Shown piece by piece: positions 10,410 through 19,993 of a DNA stretch of 64,000 nt. This DNA is from Tolypothrix carrinoi HA7290-LM1. GTDB lineage: Bacteria; Cyanobacteriota; Cyanobacteriia; Cyanobacteriales; Nostocaceae. Position 1 is the stretch's first letter; every line of letters begins with the position of its first letter. The stretch lies in assembly GCA_019358935.1 (NCBI GenBank), contig JAHHIK010000010.1:1-64000 (forward strand). Direction: 5' to 3'. A program made the translations under genes and the position numbers. The notes beneath the pieces were generated by a model that was not told where the DNA came from, did not search any database, and saw only the letters and a program-made list of their open reading frames with translations.

Positions 10410-12077
10410 ATGACTGAGACAGATGTAGGCAAACTAAAGCTGATGGTGGTGGATGACGAGCCAGATAACTTAGATTTACTCTACCGCACTTTTAGGCGAG
10501 ATTTTCAAGTATATAGAGCAAGTCACGCACTAGATGCCATCGAAATCTTAGACAGAGAAGGCGAAATGGCTGTAATTATCTCTGACCAAAGAATGCCAGA
10601 GATGAACGGCACAGAATTTCTCAGTCGCACGGTAGATCGCTTTCCGGATACGATTCGGATTTTGCTGACAGGCTTTACTGATGTGGAGGATTTGGTAGAC
10701 GCGATCAACTCCGGTCAGGTGTTTAAGTACATCACTAAACCCTGGAATCCCGATCGCCTGAAAGCAATAGTCGGGCAAGCGGTTGATACATATCTGGTGT
10801 TGAAGAAACGCACGGCTGAGTTGCGTCGCGCTTTGCGACGAGAATCTTTGTTTAATGCAGTGACAACAGCAATTCGCGAGTCTTTGGACTATAGCAGTAT
10901 GCTGCAAAAGATTGTCGCCACCATTGGACAGACATTTGAAGCGACTTGTTGTTTACTCAAACCAGTGGAAAGCGATCGCCTCACTCTAGATGAGTTTTCT
11001 TACCAAAACCCCAAAGTTCCCATCAACTGTTGTACCTTTGACCCCAGCAAGTTGATTGAAAAAGTTCTCCAAACCCGTCAATATCAGCTATCTCAAGATG
11101 AAGGCGGTTGCTGTCATCAACTAGCTGTGCCTATAAGCTATCAACAACAACTGTTAGCGGTTCTTGCTTTATATCAACAAGGAGGCTCAAGCACTTGGCG
11201 AGATGAAGATATCCAACTAATTGCCGGAGTTGCCGAACAAGCAGCTTTAGCCCTCTCCCAAGCAAAACTATATCAACGCCTCCAAGAAAAGCAACAACAA
11301 ATCAGCGCCGAGTTAGAAGTTGCCCGCCAAATACAAAATAACCTGCTGCGCCAAAGATTACCGGAAATCAAAGGCGCGAAAATCCAAGCTTGCTGCTACC
11401 CTGCCCGCGAAGTAGGAGGAGATTTTTTTGAAGTTTTTGCTCATCCCAAAGGTGACTTGTGGTTAGCAGTCGGTGACGTTTCCGGCAAAGGTGTCCCGGC
11501 AGCTTTATTCATGTCAAGTGCTATTTCCGTTTTGCGCCGCGAATTATCTGTAGAATTGCCACCGCCGCCAAACGTAATTATGCAAAATCTCAACCATGCT
11601 TTGTCTGAGGACTTGATCGGCAACAATTGCTTCATCACCCTCGTCTTAGCTTGTTATACCCCCACCACTAGGGAACTGGTTTACGCAAATGCCGGTCACA
11701 TCTATCCGATGCATTGGACAGCAAGTGCAGATTTGGCAGAAAATCCCAATTACCTCAAGGTACGCAGCATTCCCTTAGGGATTTTACCCAAATGGCAAGC
11801 ACAGTCTGGTCAATTAGTTCTTTCTGCTGGAGATACTTTGTTACTTGCCAGTGATGGTATTACTGAAGCAATGGTATTAAACCAGACGCAGTTAAACAAG
11901 AAAACTGTGGATGGCACACAGCCAGCTAGCCATTCTATGTTGAATCAAGAAGGTCTTTGGCAACTCTTAAAAAGTGAGCCTAAACCACTTTCTCTCAACC
12001 ATTTGCTAGCTCGCATCCAAGCAGACAACAACGTTCAAGAAGATGACCAAACTATTCTCTCACTGGAGGTTATGTAA
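10410..12077 (+). CDS. Receiver-GAF-SpoIIE/PP2C phosphatase (RsbU-like)
   Basis: VVDDE / SDQRMP receiver; central GAF; VGGDFF, GDVSGKG, SDGITE, EDDQT. Confidence 0.92.
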   Translation: MTETDVGKLKLMVVDDEPDNLDLLYRTFRRDFQVYRASHALDAIEILDREGEMAVIISDQRMPEMNGTEFLSRTVDRFPDTIRILLTGFTDVEDLVDAINSGQVFKYITKPWNPDRLKAIVGQAVDTYLVLKKRTAELRRALRRESLFNAVTTAIRESLDYSSMLQKIVATIGQTFEATCCLLKPVESDRLTLDEFSYQNPKVPINCCTFDPSKLIEKVLQTRQYQLSQDEGGCCHQLAVPISYQQQLLAVLALYQQGGSSTWRDEDIQLIAGVAEQAALALSQAKLYQRLQEKQQQISAELEVARQIQNNLLRQRLPEIKGAKIQACCYPAREVGGDFFEVFAHPKGDLWLAVGDVSGKGVPAALFMSSAISVLRRELSVELPPPPNVIMQNLNHALSEDLIGNNCFITLVLACYTPTTRELVYANAGHIYPMHWTASADLAENPNYLKVRSIPLGILPKWQAQSGQLVLSAGDTLLLASDGITEAMVLNQTQLNKKTVDGTQPASHSMLNQEGLWQLLKSEPKPLSLNHLLARIQADNNVQEDDQTILSLEVM

Positions 12078-12080
12078 GTA

Positions 12081-12506
12081 ATGAAAAGTGAGCTTCATGT
12101 ACCAAGTGACTTGAAGTTTTTAAGCATCGTCGAAAGCTGGCTGCTAGGATGCTTACAAATCCAGCTAGGAGAGACAGTTGATTGGTCACGGCTATCAAGT
12201 CGTTTGCGGCTAGCTTTGGTGGAAGCTTACTCAAACGTAGTACGTCACGCCCACAAAGATCAGCCCAATGCGCCAGTTTTAATTCGCTTGGAACTCAAAG
12301 ACCAAGATATAGCCTTAGAAGTTTGGGATCGCGGTGAAGGCTTTGACATGTCTACCTACTTTCCTCCCAACCCAATGGACAAGCAAGAAGGCGGTTATGG
12401 TTGGCTGATTATGCATCGTTTAATGGATAAAGTAGAATACCAGTTGCAGAGTGATGGTGGGAACTGTCTAAAGTTAGAAGTCACTCTGTCTGAACTAGGC
12501 AAATAA
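12081..12506 (+). CDS. Anti-sigma regulatory factor / Ser kinase (RsbW-like)
   Basis: EAYSNVVRHA, DRGEGF and EGGYGW HATPase motifs. Confidence 0.9.
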   Translation: MKSELHVPSDLKFLSIVESWLLGCLQIQLGETVDWSRLSSRLRLALVEAYSNVVRHAHKDQPNAPVLIRLELKDQDIALEVWDRGEGFDMSTYFPPNPMDKQEGGYGWLIMHRLMDKVEYQLQSDGGNCLKLEVTLSELGK

Positions 12507-12589
12507 GCCAGAAAATAGAAAAACTTTCCTCTCGTAGTGGGCACGAAGAGTGCCCAAATTAAGCGATAAATCGCTTACTACGTATTTTA

Positions 12590-12692
12590 TATAGCGATCC
12601 TATTTGCGGAGTGAAAATCGCAAAGCTCAGAACCCCGGTTTCTTGGAGAAACCGGGGTTCTTGTTGTTCACGAATGATTTAGGATTGCTATA
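12590..12692. mobile_element. ~100-bp MITE
   Basis: Terminal inverted repeats TATAGCGATCCTA / TAGGATTGCTATA; central palindrome 12629-12661. Confidence 0.75.
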
Positions 12693-12825
12693 TATTGAGA
12701 ATTGTTAACAAAGTTAAAATTTTTGCTAAGTTTATTTGATTTATAACTTTTAATCATTAAATATTAAAACATTAACTCACATTATGCCGATTTTGTGCAA
12801 CAAAAGCTCCCAGCTTGATTGTCAC

Positions 12826-12880
12826 CCAACGGGAGAATCAGTTCGACGGAACGGAAACCGTTCCCTGAGACTGATTCACC
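12826..12880. repeat. Short hairpin-rich dispersed repeat
   Basis: GAATCAG...CGGAAACCG...CTGATTC structure, similar to the element inside sufD at 46244-46303. Confidence 0.55.
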
Positions 12881-12923
12881 AAATCAGCAAAAAAAATGAA
12901 AAGCACGCATCATAATTTTTCCT

Positions 12924-13364
12924 ATGGAAGTAGCCTTTTATTTGTCGCCACGCTATTGCCTTGATGATCAATCACCTTGGCTTGTAGGAATTGACCCCAG
13001 TCGTCATTACTGGATTGCAGTGAATGGAGATAGCAATCTGACAATAGCACTTCCTGGGTTAACAGTATCTTCCCTCAGTGAACTGAAGCAAGCGATGCAG
13101 CAATTTCGCTCACTCAGTCCTGGGGAACAAATGACTTTGCATAGAATCGCCAGTGCTTGCACGATTTACTGTGTCAGTCTCAACTGCTATGCTGTAGAAG
13201 CGCAAATTAATGAAGCTTTAGTCTGGCATCTATTCGATGAAGAAACTTTAGATAGTTTGTTGATGACTGCACACCCAGATTGGCTGTGTGCGCCATCAGA
13301 TATTGATTTAGGACGAAAAATGCTCCTGCGCTCTTTTGAAAAAGCGACAGTTACCAAGAGTTAG
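12924..13364 (+). CDS. Hypothetical protein
   Basis: 146-aa ATG-initiated ORF. Confidence 0.7.
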   Translation: MEVAFYLSPRYCLDDQSPWLVGIDPSRHYWIAVNGDSNLTIALPGLTVSSLSELKQAMQQFRSLSPGEQMTLHRIASACTIYCVSLNCYAVEAQINEALVWHLFDEETLDSLLMTAHPDWLCAPSDIDLGRKMLLRSFEKATVTKS

Positions 13365-13500
13365 GAATTGGGAATTGGGAATTGGGAATTGGGAATTGGT
13401 AATTGGTAATTGGTAATTCCCCCTTGTCCCCTTGTCCCCCTTGTCCCCCTTGTCCCCTTGTCCCCCTTGTCCCCTTGTCCTCCTTGTCCCCTTGTCCCCT
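13364..13500. repeat. STRR arrays (GGAATTG/GTAATTG)n and (CCCCTTGT)n
   Basis: Visible tandem repeats between convergent genes. Confidence 0.92.
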
Positions 13501-13556
13501 CTGAAAATTCCCACTATCCACTAACTACTATCCACCAACAACTAACCGATATCGTC

Positions 13557-13982
13557 TCATCGTCGCAGATTTAGCAATTCTTGGGGAGAAGCTAAGAGTT
13601 TGATTCTAGTAAATTGAATTTGCCGTTCTTGGTTGAGGACAAACAGCCACATGACGTTGACACCGCACCAAGTAGTTTGTGCTTTGCCACTCACCTGAAA
13701 TTCGATTTGATTATTATCCAAATTTTCGGAGATTCCCTGCCGAGGTTCGGCTTTAATGCCTTGAGCTTCTTGTTTTAAATAGGTAGCGATCGCATCAAGC
13801 CCCACAATACCAGATTCAAACGGCGGTTGCATCACACCATCAGGAGCAAACAAGCTTGCAGTCTCATCAAACTCTCCTGCGTTTAAACTTTCAAAATAAC
13901 GCAGTATCACAGGTTCGCTAATTCCCTCAATCTGGAATTTCTCAGCTTCGGTAGTCGCAATAATTGATTTTTCTGAAAGCAT
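13557..13982 (-). CDS. Orange carotenoid protein C-terminal domain homolog (CTDH/CCP, NTF2-like)
   Basis: IEGISEPVILRYFESLNAGEF, LFAPDG-QPPF, GKAQTTWCGVNV and IKLLASPQELLNL match the OCP-CTD pattern. Confidence 0.85.
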   Translation of the reverse strand: MLSEKSIIATTEAEKFQIEGISEPVILRYFESLNAGEFDETASLFAPDGVMQPPFESGIVGLDAIATYLKQEAQGIKAEPRQGISENLDNNQIEFQVSGKAQTTWCGVNVMWLFVLNQERQIQFTRIKLLASPQELLNLRR

Positions 13983-14193
13983 ATGTTAAGTACGGTAGTG
14001 ATATAAGTGAGATTTAATTAATTTAGATTTAAAAGCTACATAAAACCTGCTACTAAAGAAGTATTTTCGAGAGTGAAAAAAGGGCGTTGCTGATTTAAAA
14101 TATGAATTTGTCTCACGCACTCGTAGCAAAGGCGCAAAGGTACAAAGAAGAGGTGTTAGGATATTGTAGTCGGCGCTCTAATTTCCGCTGTAA

Positions 14194-14682
14194 ATGGACA
14201 AAGCATTAGATGAAACGCTTTCTATCAAGATTGCTCAAAGCGTAAAAAGCAAGGCTAGAACTCCGTTTGACAATGCTTACAAAGCAGCATTAGCGACTGA
14301 GGGAGCAACTTACGTGCAAGGCTTTTTAGTTATTGGTCGTAGGTCTTACAAACCGATTGAACATGCTTGGATTGAATTAAGCGATACCTCCGGCAACGAC
14401 TCCGTAGTACGCATTATCGATCCTACCCTACCGCACCTGAATAAAAACGAGCAAGAATTTTGGTACTTTCCAGCACAAAGCTTGAGCGTGAAAAAACTGA
14501 AAGCGATAATCGAAGAATCGAAAGAAGATTATCCAGAAGACGAACCGCTACCAGTTTATGGTGCAGCACCTTATGAATATTATGGTGATGTGATGTTAGG
14601 TGGCAAAGACTACTTAGATGCATATCAAGCAGCAGAAGCTAAATCTCAAGAATTCAACCACTCAAACCCTGACCTTAACTAA
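14194..14682 (+). CDS. Hypothetical protein (HAW...DPT motif)
   Basis: 162-aa ORF containing a 24-nt in-frame insert at 14386-14409. Confidence 0.75.
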   Translation: MDKALDETLSIKIAQSVKSKARTPFDNAYKAALATEGATYVQGFLVIGRRSYKPIEHAWIELSDTSGNDSVVRIIDPTLPHLNKNEQEFWYFPAQSLSVKKLKAIIEESKEDYPEDEPLPVYGAAPYEYYGDVMLGGKDYLDAYQAAEAKSQEFNHSNPDLN

Positions 14683-14810
14683 GTACACGATTGCATAAGG
14701 TTCGCTGTGAAAATTTGAACAAAAACTCTGCGTACCTTTGCGCTTACCTCTGCGCTCCTCTGCGTTTAAAAACACTACGAATTAATCAAATCCTGTAGTA
14801 AATAACAATC

Positions 14811-15206
14811 TTAATTCGATTTACCATCACTACCAAAATATTCTCGATAGCCACAAATTTTGTCTCCCCGCACATCAAAAGCAACAGCTATGCGATTTTT
14901 ATAAGGTTCTTTGTACATCATTCCCTCATCACGGAACTCAAAAACTACCGTCTTTTCATTGCTGGTAACGCTGTCTAAAGTCAGAGTTAACCCAGAACTG
15001 AAGACTTCACTAACATACTCAAAAAAAGCTTCAGCTTTCTGTTTACCGACATTTAAGCCGTGAAATTTTCCCATCGGAAACCAAAAGCTAAAGTCTTCAG
15101 TAAGCATATCTAGAAACGAGTTCCACTCCCCCGTCGCTAAACCATGTTTAAAGTGGGTAAACGCTTGATGTGCAACTTTCAAAGTATTTTCTGATTTTTC
15201 TGTCAT
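14811..15206 (-). CDS. NTF2/SnoaL-like protein
   Basis: FLDMLTEDFSFWFP...DVRGDKICGYREYF pattern. Start placed at MTEKS. Confidence 0.85.
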   Translation of the reverse strand: MTEKSENTLKVAHQAFTHFKHGLATGEWNSFLDMLTEDFSFWFPMGKFHGLNVGKQKAEAFFEYVSEVFSSGLTLTLDSVTSNEKTVVFEFRDEGMMYKEPYKNRIAVAFDVRGDKICGYREYFGSDGKSN

Positions 15207-15222
15207 TGTCACCACCGATTGA

Positions 15223-16230
15223 CTAAAATCTGACAACTACTTTGCCGCAATTCTTACCAGTAAGTAAATATTCTACAGCAGCCGGAATGGATTCTATGCC
15301 GTTGAACACAGTTGAGTCAATGGCAACTTTAAGTTTGTCTGTGTAGAACAAGTTTAACAGGCGATCGCGTGCTGACGGTATATATTCTTTATAATGAGGC
15401 ATCAAAAAACCTCGCACAGAAGCAGCTTTCCACATCAGTTGATGATAAATCCGAGGTTGTAGCACCTGTTCTACATTTAGAGCATATTCGGAAATGTAGC
15501 CAATAGTAACTAAACGTCCCCGAATCGCTAAATTATCAACGCAGCTATCGAAAACTTGTTTACCGACACATTCAAAAATTAAGTTAATGCCGTTGTTAAA
15601 TTCTTGTTTAAGGATTTGGTTGAGGTTTTCTTTGTGATAGTTGATAATGCGATCGCACCCCAATTTCCTCAGTAAATTTGCCTTTGCCTCGGTGCTACAA
15701 GTACCAATGACATGATTACCTGCTAACTTTGCCAATTGCACCGCAATATGACCGGTTCCCCCTGCTGCTGCTGTGACTAAAACTACTTCATTACTTTTCA
15801 TTTCCCCCACTTGTTCCAATGCAACCAAAGCTGATACACCTGTAGGCATCAGGGTTAGCACTTCTGGTGTAGCTTCCCGCACTTTCACCGCTAAGTTTGC
15901 ATCAATAACCTGATATTCTCGATAACCACCACCAAGCGCTGTAGTTATGACAGCATCACCCATTTGAAAATCTTTGACATTTTCACCGATAGCGACAACT
16001 TTTCCCACTGCTTCCACACCCAAATCAAAAGGAGGGGTCAAGTTAAAGTAGGGAACTTCACCACGACAAACTAAGGTGTCAAATCCACCGTTAATGCCAG
16101 CGAATTTGTTTTGAATCAAAAGTTGACTAGCAGCAGGTTTGGGAATAGGCAGTTCGACAATTTCAACAGCAGATTTAAAATCTTGGTTAAGTTGCTTTGC
16201 TATTAACTTTCTGTAGGTTTTTGTGTTCAT
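15223..16230 (-). CDS. MDR-family NADPH oxidoreductase (quinone/alkenal reductase-like)
   Basis: LGVEAVG, VTAAAGGTG, ECVG, GKVVV; no catalytic Zn cysteines. Confidence 0.88.
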   Translation of the reverse strand: MNTKTYRKLIAKQLNQDFKSAVEIVELPIPKPAASQLLIQNKFAGINGGFDTLVCRGEVPYFNLTPPFDLGVEAVGKVVAIGENVKDFQMGDAVITTALGGGYREYQVIDANLAVKVREATPEVLTLMPTGVSALVALEQVGEMKSNEVVLVTAAAGGTGHIAVQLAKLAGNHVIGTCSTEAKANLLRKLGCDRIINYHKENLNQILKQEFNNGINLIFECVGKQVFDSCVDNLAIRGRLVTIGYISEYALNVEQVLQPRIYHQLMWKAASVRGFLMPHYKEYIPSARDRLLNLFYTDKLKVAIDSTVFNGIESIPAAVEYLLTGKNCGKVVVRF

Positions 16231-16346
16231 TTCCAAATTTTAAATTTCCCTTACTCCTCAATTATTTTTAAAGAATAACTTGTAAAGGGCACAGATACCC
16301 GATTTCTTTGATAATTCGGGCATCTTGTTTCATTGTGGAGATTATA

Positions 16347-17147
16347 TTAAGCTTTTAAGGCTTTATCCCACTCTAACTGATGAGCTAAACCATACTTGAT
16401 AAAATCTTCTACTTTAGCTTTATCACTTTCACCAAAAACACCTAAACTGTAAGGATTATCTTGCATACGTTGTGTGACTTGCTCTTTTTCAAATCGTATC
16501 ACTTCCTCTCTAGGCTTATCCGGTTTAAAAAAGTCTACAACCAAGACGGTTCTATCATAATTGGTGTAATTATGCGGACAGTGTGGATAGCTGTGATCTA
16601 AAACCAGGAATTTTCCTTCATGCCAATAAAGCTGCTCATAGCATATTTTCATAGCCACATCTCCCTCTGGTACAATCAATCCTAAATAGCCACGATTCAT
16701 GTGAGGGTTATAGTTCACATGCAGCTTAATATCCAAGCCAGGATGGAATGTACCAAAATAGACATTTCTGATGATATTATCATCGCTAAAGTTAACTTTT
16801 TCTATCACCTTAGCCAAATTTGGGAAATATTTCTCTCTTAATGCAAGTGCTTTTTCTGATGCATCATCTGACTCATAATCAGGATATGGTATTTGATGGA
16901 CTTGAATATATTCTTCAATAAACAAACCTTGAAATAAAATACCAAAAGCACTGTATTTCGCATTACCCTTGGTTTTAATCGTTTTACTTTTAGGACCCAA
17001 AATATCGTAAGTGAATTTTAACTCTTCATCAGATGCATTCTTAATAAAGCGTGTAAACTCATCTCTAATAAGAAGCCAGTTATCTTGAAAGCTTTTGAGA
17101 AAAGGAAATTGCTCTGGGTCTATATGATACTCATTAAAAGTTTCCAT
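16347..17147 (-). CDS. Aspartyl/asparaginyl beta-hydroxylase-like Fe(II)/2OG dioxygenase
   Basis: PG-IKLH, YLGLIVP, WHEGK-LVLDHSYPH-N-RTVLVVD. AGGAG precedes the ATG at 17147. Confidence 0.8.
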   Translation of the reverse strand: METFNEYHIDPEQFPFLKSFQDNWLLIRDEFTRFIKNASDEELKFTYDILGPKSKTIKTKGNAKYSAFGILFQGLFIEEYIQVHQIPYPDYESDDASEKALALREKYFPNLAKVIEKVNFSDDNIIRNVYFGTFHPGLDIKLHVNYNPHMNRGYLGLIVPEGDVAMKICYEQLYWHEGKFLVLDHSYPHCPHNYTNYDRTVLVVDFFKPDKPREEVIRFEKEQVTQRMQDNPYSLGVFGESDKAKVEDFIKYGLAHQLEWDKALKA

Positions 17148-17284
17148 TGTCTTTTCTCCTGAAGATGATTTCATAAAAAACCGTTACATAATGATCGGAT
17201 TTGGTCTGCGTCCCGGTACGATGTTGGAATTCCTGACTAAAGCTTAAAGTTAGGTTCTGTACTTATTTTAGTGTGAGGTCAACT

Positions 17285-18754
17285 GTGTCTGAAGCTTCTG
17301 TATTAGATCAAATTATCAAAAATGTGCGGGTAGTTCGTCCCCATCAGGATGTAATCGAACTGCTTGACTTGGGAATTAAGGATGGTAAATTTGCTCAGAT
17401 TGCCCCTGATATTAGCCCAGACAAAGGCAAAGAGGTATTTGATGGCAAAAACCTGCTGGGCTTTCCTGGGGTCGTGGATGCCCATATGCACATCGGTATC
17501 TATCAACCCCTCGACAAAGATGCTGTAACTGAAACTAAAGCAGCGGCAATGGGAGGTGTGACTACTAGCTTAAATTATATCCGTACAGGACAGTATTATC
17601 TCAATAAAGGCGGCTCTTATAAAGATTTTTTTCCAGAGGTGTTGGCTTTATCCGCAGGTAATTTTTTTGTAGATTACAGCTATCACGTTGCACCTATTGC
17701 TAGTCAGCATATTGACGAAATACCTCTACTGTTTGAGGAACACGGTATATCTTCGTTTAAAATCTTCATGTTTTATGGCAGCTATGGTTTGCATGGTTTG
17801 TCAGACCAGCAAAACCTCTTTTTGATGATTAATAAAGAGGAAAGGTACGACTTTGCCCATTTTGAATTTATCATGCGCGGTCTAACTCGCTTGATGGAAA
17901 AACATCCAGAAGCGCGAGATACTATCAGCTTGAGTTTGCACTGCGAAGTTGCAGAAATTCTTAACGCCTATACAAAAATAGTTGAAAATGATTTCAGTCT
18001 TAGCGGACTGCAAGCTTACAGTGCAGCGCGTCCTCCTCATTCCGAAGGTTTAGCAATTTGCATTGCTTCGTATTTGGCACATGAAACTAACTGTGCAAAT
18101 ATCAATTTATTACACTTGAGTTCGCGTAAGGCAATGGAAGCAGCTTTAACTATGCAATCTGCTTTTCCCCATATTAATTTTCGGCGAGAAGTTACCATCG
18201 GACATCTGCTATTAGATGTTGATACCCCCACTGCAACTTGGGCAAAAGTAAACCCCCCTATTCGTCCTCGTGCTGATGTAGAATACTTATGGCAAGCAGT
18301 ACTTAACCATCAGGTAGATTGGATAGTTAGCGACCACGCTTGCTGTTCTGCTGAACAAAAAAGAAGTGCTAAAGACCCGAATAATATTTGGTTGGCAAAG
18401 TCTGGTTTTGGCGGTACAGAATATTTACTTTCTGGTGTATTTAGTGAAGGTAGCAAGCGGGGAATGTCCTACAATCACATGGCTAAATTGCTATCTTGGA
18501 ACCCATCGCGGCGCTTTGGTTTGTTAGAAAAAGGTGACATTGCCATTGGTTATGATGCTGACTTGGTGCTGGTAGATCCAAACGAAAGTTTTGTAGTAAG
18601 TGCGGCTGAATCAAAGTCACAACAAGGTTATACACCCTTTGAAGGAGTAGAGTTAACGGGACGGGTCAAGAGTACTTTTTTACGTGGAAATCTTATTTAC
18701 AATAACGGACAGGTTTTGGGTTCGCCTACTGGACTTTATTTAAAAAGATTTTAG
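17285..18754 (+). CDS. Cyclic amidohydrolase (allantoinase/dihydropyrimidinase/dihydroorotase superfamily)
   Basis: PGVVDAHMH, SFKIFM, LHCE, LHLS, KVNPPIR, SDHA, GYDADLV. Confidence 0.88.
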   Translation: MSEASVLDQIIKNVRVVRPHQDVIELLDLGIKDGKFAQIAPDISPDKGKEVFDGKNLLGFPGVVDAHMHIGIYQPLDKDAVTETKAAAMGGVTTSLNYIRTGQYYLNKGGSYKDFFPEVLALSAGNFFVDYSYHVAPIASQHIDEIPLLFEEHGISSFKIFMFYGSYGLHGLSDQQNLFLMINKEERYDFAHFEFIMRGLTRLMEKHPEARDTISLSLHCEVAEILNAYTKIVENDFSLSGLQAYSAARPPHSEGLAICIASYLAHETNCANINLLHLSSRKAMEAALTMQSAFPHINFRREVTIGHLLLDVDTPTATWAKVNPPIRPRADVEYLWQAVLNHQVDWIVSDHACCSAEQKRSAKDPNNIWLAKSGFGGTEYLLSGVFSEGSKRGMSYNHMAKLLSWNPSRRFGLLEKGDIAIGYDADLVLVDPNESFVVSAAESKSQQGYTPFEGVELTGRVKSTFLRGNLIYNNGQVLGSPTGLYLKRF

Positions 18755-18786
18755 AGGGCAGAGAAGCAGGGGAAGTTGGGGAGGTA

Positions 18787-19030
18787 AGACTCAAAAACCA
18801 TTTCGACAGACTCAAAAACCATTTCGGCAGACTCAAAAACCATTTCGGCAGACTCAAAAACCATTTCGACAGACTCAAAAACCATTTCGGCAGACTCAAA
18901 AATTATTTCGGCAGACTCAAAAACCATTTCGGCAGACTCAAAAACCATTTCGGCAGACTCAAAAACTATTTCGGCAGACTCAAAAACCATTTCGGCAGAC
19001 TCAAAAACCATTTCGGCAGACTCAAAAACT
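18787..19030. repeat. 21-bp tandem repeat AGACTCAAAAACCATTTCGGC x11 plus a partial unit
   Basis: Units start every 21 bp from 18787 to 19018; no spacers. Confidence 0.95.
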
Positions 19031-19063
19031 CAGCACTCAGCACTTTCAAGTCAGTATAAGAAA

Positions 19064-19879
19064 ATGAGCCAACGTATCAAGAGAGCCTTTTTAGACACAG
19101 AAGATGGACAAATTCTTTACCGTATAGGTGGAGAAGGTGAACCCATACTTTTACTGCACATGACTCCCCGCAGTAGTGATGAATTTCGAGAATTGATGCC
19201 TATTTTAGCTCCCAAAAAATTAGTAATTGCAATGGATTTAATGGGGTTAGGTGATTCTGACAAGCCCCCCAGAGTTTATTCAGTTGCAGACTATGCCAAA
19301 AATGCGATCGCACTTTTGGACGAATTAGGCATAAAAAAGACGAGCATTTTCGGTAGTCTTACAGGGGGTTATATTGCCGGAGAAGTGGCAGTAGCTTACC
19401 CAGAAAGAATTGAAAAACTCATCCTCTGCAATGTATATGGATTTGACGAAGAGGAAAAAGACAAGATTTTAAAGATATATTCTCAAGGGTCTCAAATTAA
19501 AGAAGATGGCTCTCACCTGATGGAAAGATGGTTAGCTCGTGTCAGTTACGCCGGCAAGGGAGAGTTAAATCACCGTTGTGTTTTGGATGATTTGAAAACT
19601 TTTAACTCTCCTGTATACCCTGGTTGGGCAGTAGCAAACTACTGTCTTTCTGCCCAAGAAAGATTTCGTTTGATTAAGTGCCCTACTTTGATTTTGTCAG
19701 GGAAAAAGGGGTTAGAACCATTAGAAAAAGCTGGTTTAGCCAAACCTGAGAATCAACTTTGGCTCAGGGAAGTAATTCCTGATAGCCAAACGGTTGAACT
19801 CGAAGGCGGAACCCTTTGGATGATCAATCAAATGCCGCAAGAAGTATTAAAAGTAGTTACTGATTTTCTGGAAAATTAG
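19064..19879 (+). CDS. Alpha/beta-fold hydrolase-like protein (non-canonical triad)
   Basis: LLLHMTP, MDLMGLGDSD, GSLTG elbow, CPTLIL. Confidence 0.85.
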   Translation: MSQRIKRAFLDTEDGQILYRIGGEGEPILLLHMTPRSSDEFRELMPILAPKKLVIAMDLMGLGDSDKPPRVYSVADYAKNAIALLDELGIKKTSIFGSLTGGYIAGEVAVAYPERIEKLILCNVYGFDEEEKDKILKIYSQGSQIKEDGSHLMERWLARVSYAGKGELNHRCVLDDLKTFNSPVYPGWAVANYCLSAQERFRLIKCPTLILSGKKGLEPLEKAGLAKPENQLWLREVIPDSQTVELEGGTLWMINQMPQEVLKVVTDFLEN

Positions 19880-19993
19880 TAACTACTTTTGCAAAATTAA
19901 TTAGGTATTTTAGTATAGAGGGACAAGGAACCAAAAATATAACTGCTTAGTAAATATACAAATAAATTTGCCTACCTACTTAGGAGGAATACA

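Noticed and set aside
17273..18754. Assignment as pyrC or allB
   Set aside because: The superfamily motifs are clear, but substrate specificity cannot be assigned from the sequence, so no gene symbol is given.
18751..19030. Possible CRISPR array or 86-aa (MVFESAE)n protein
   Set aside because: The units are contiguous with no unique spacers and no cas genes. The ORF is a by-product of a 21-nt period, antisense to the operon.
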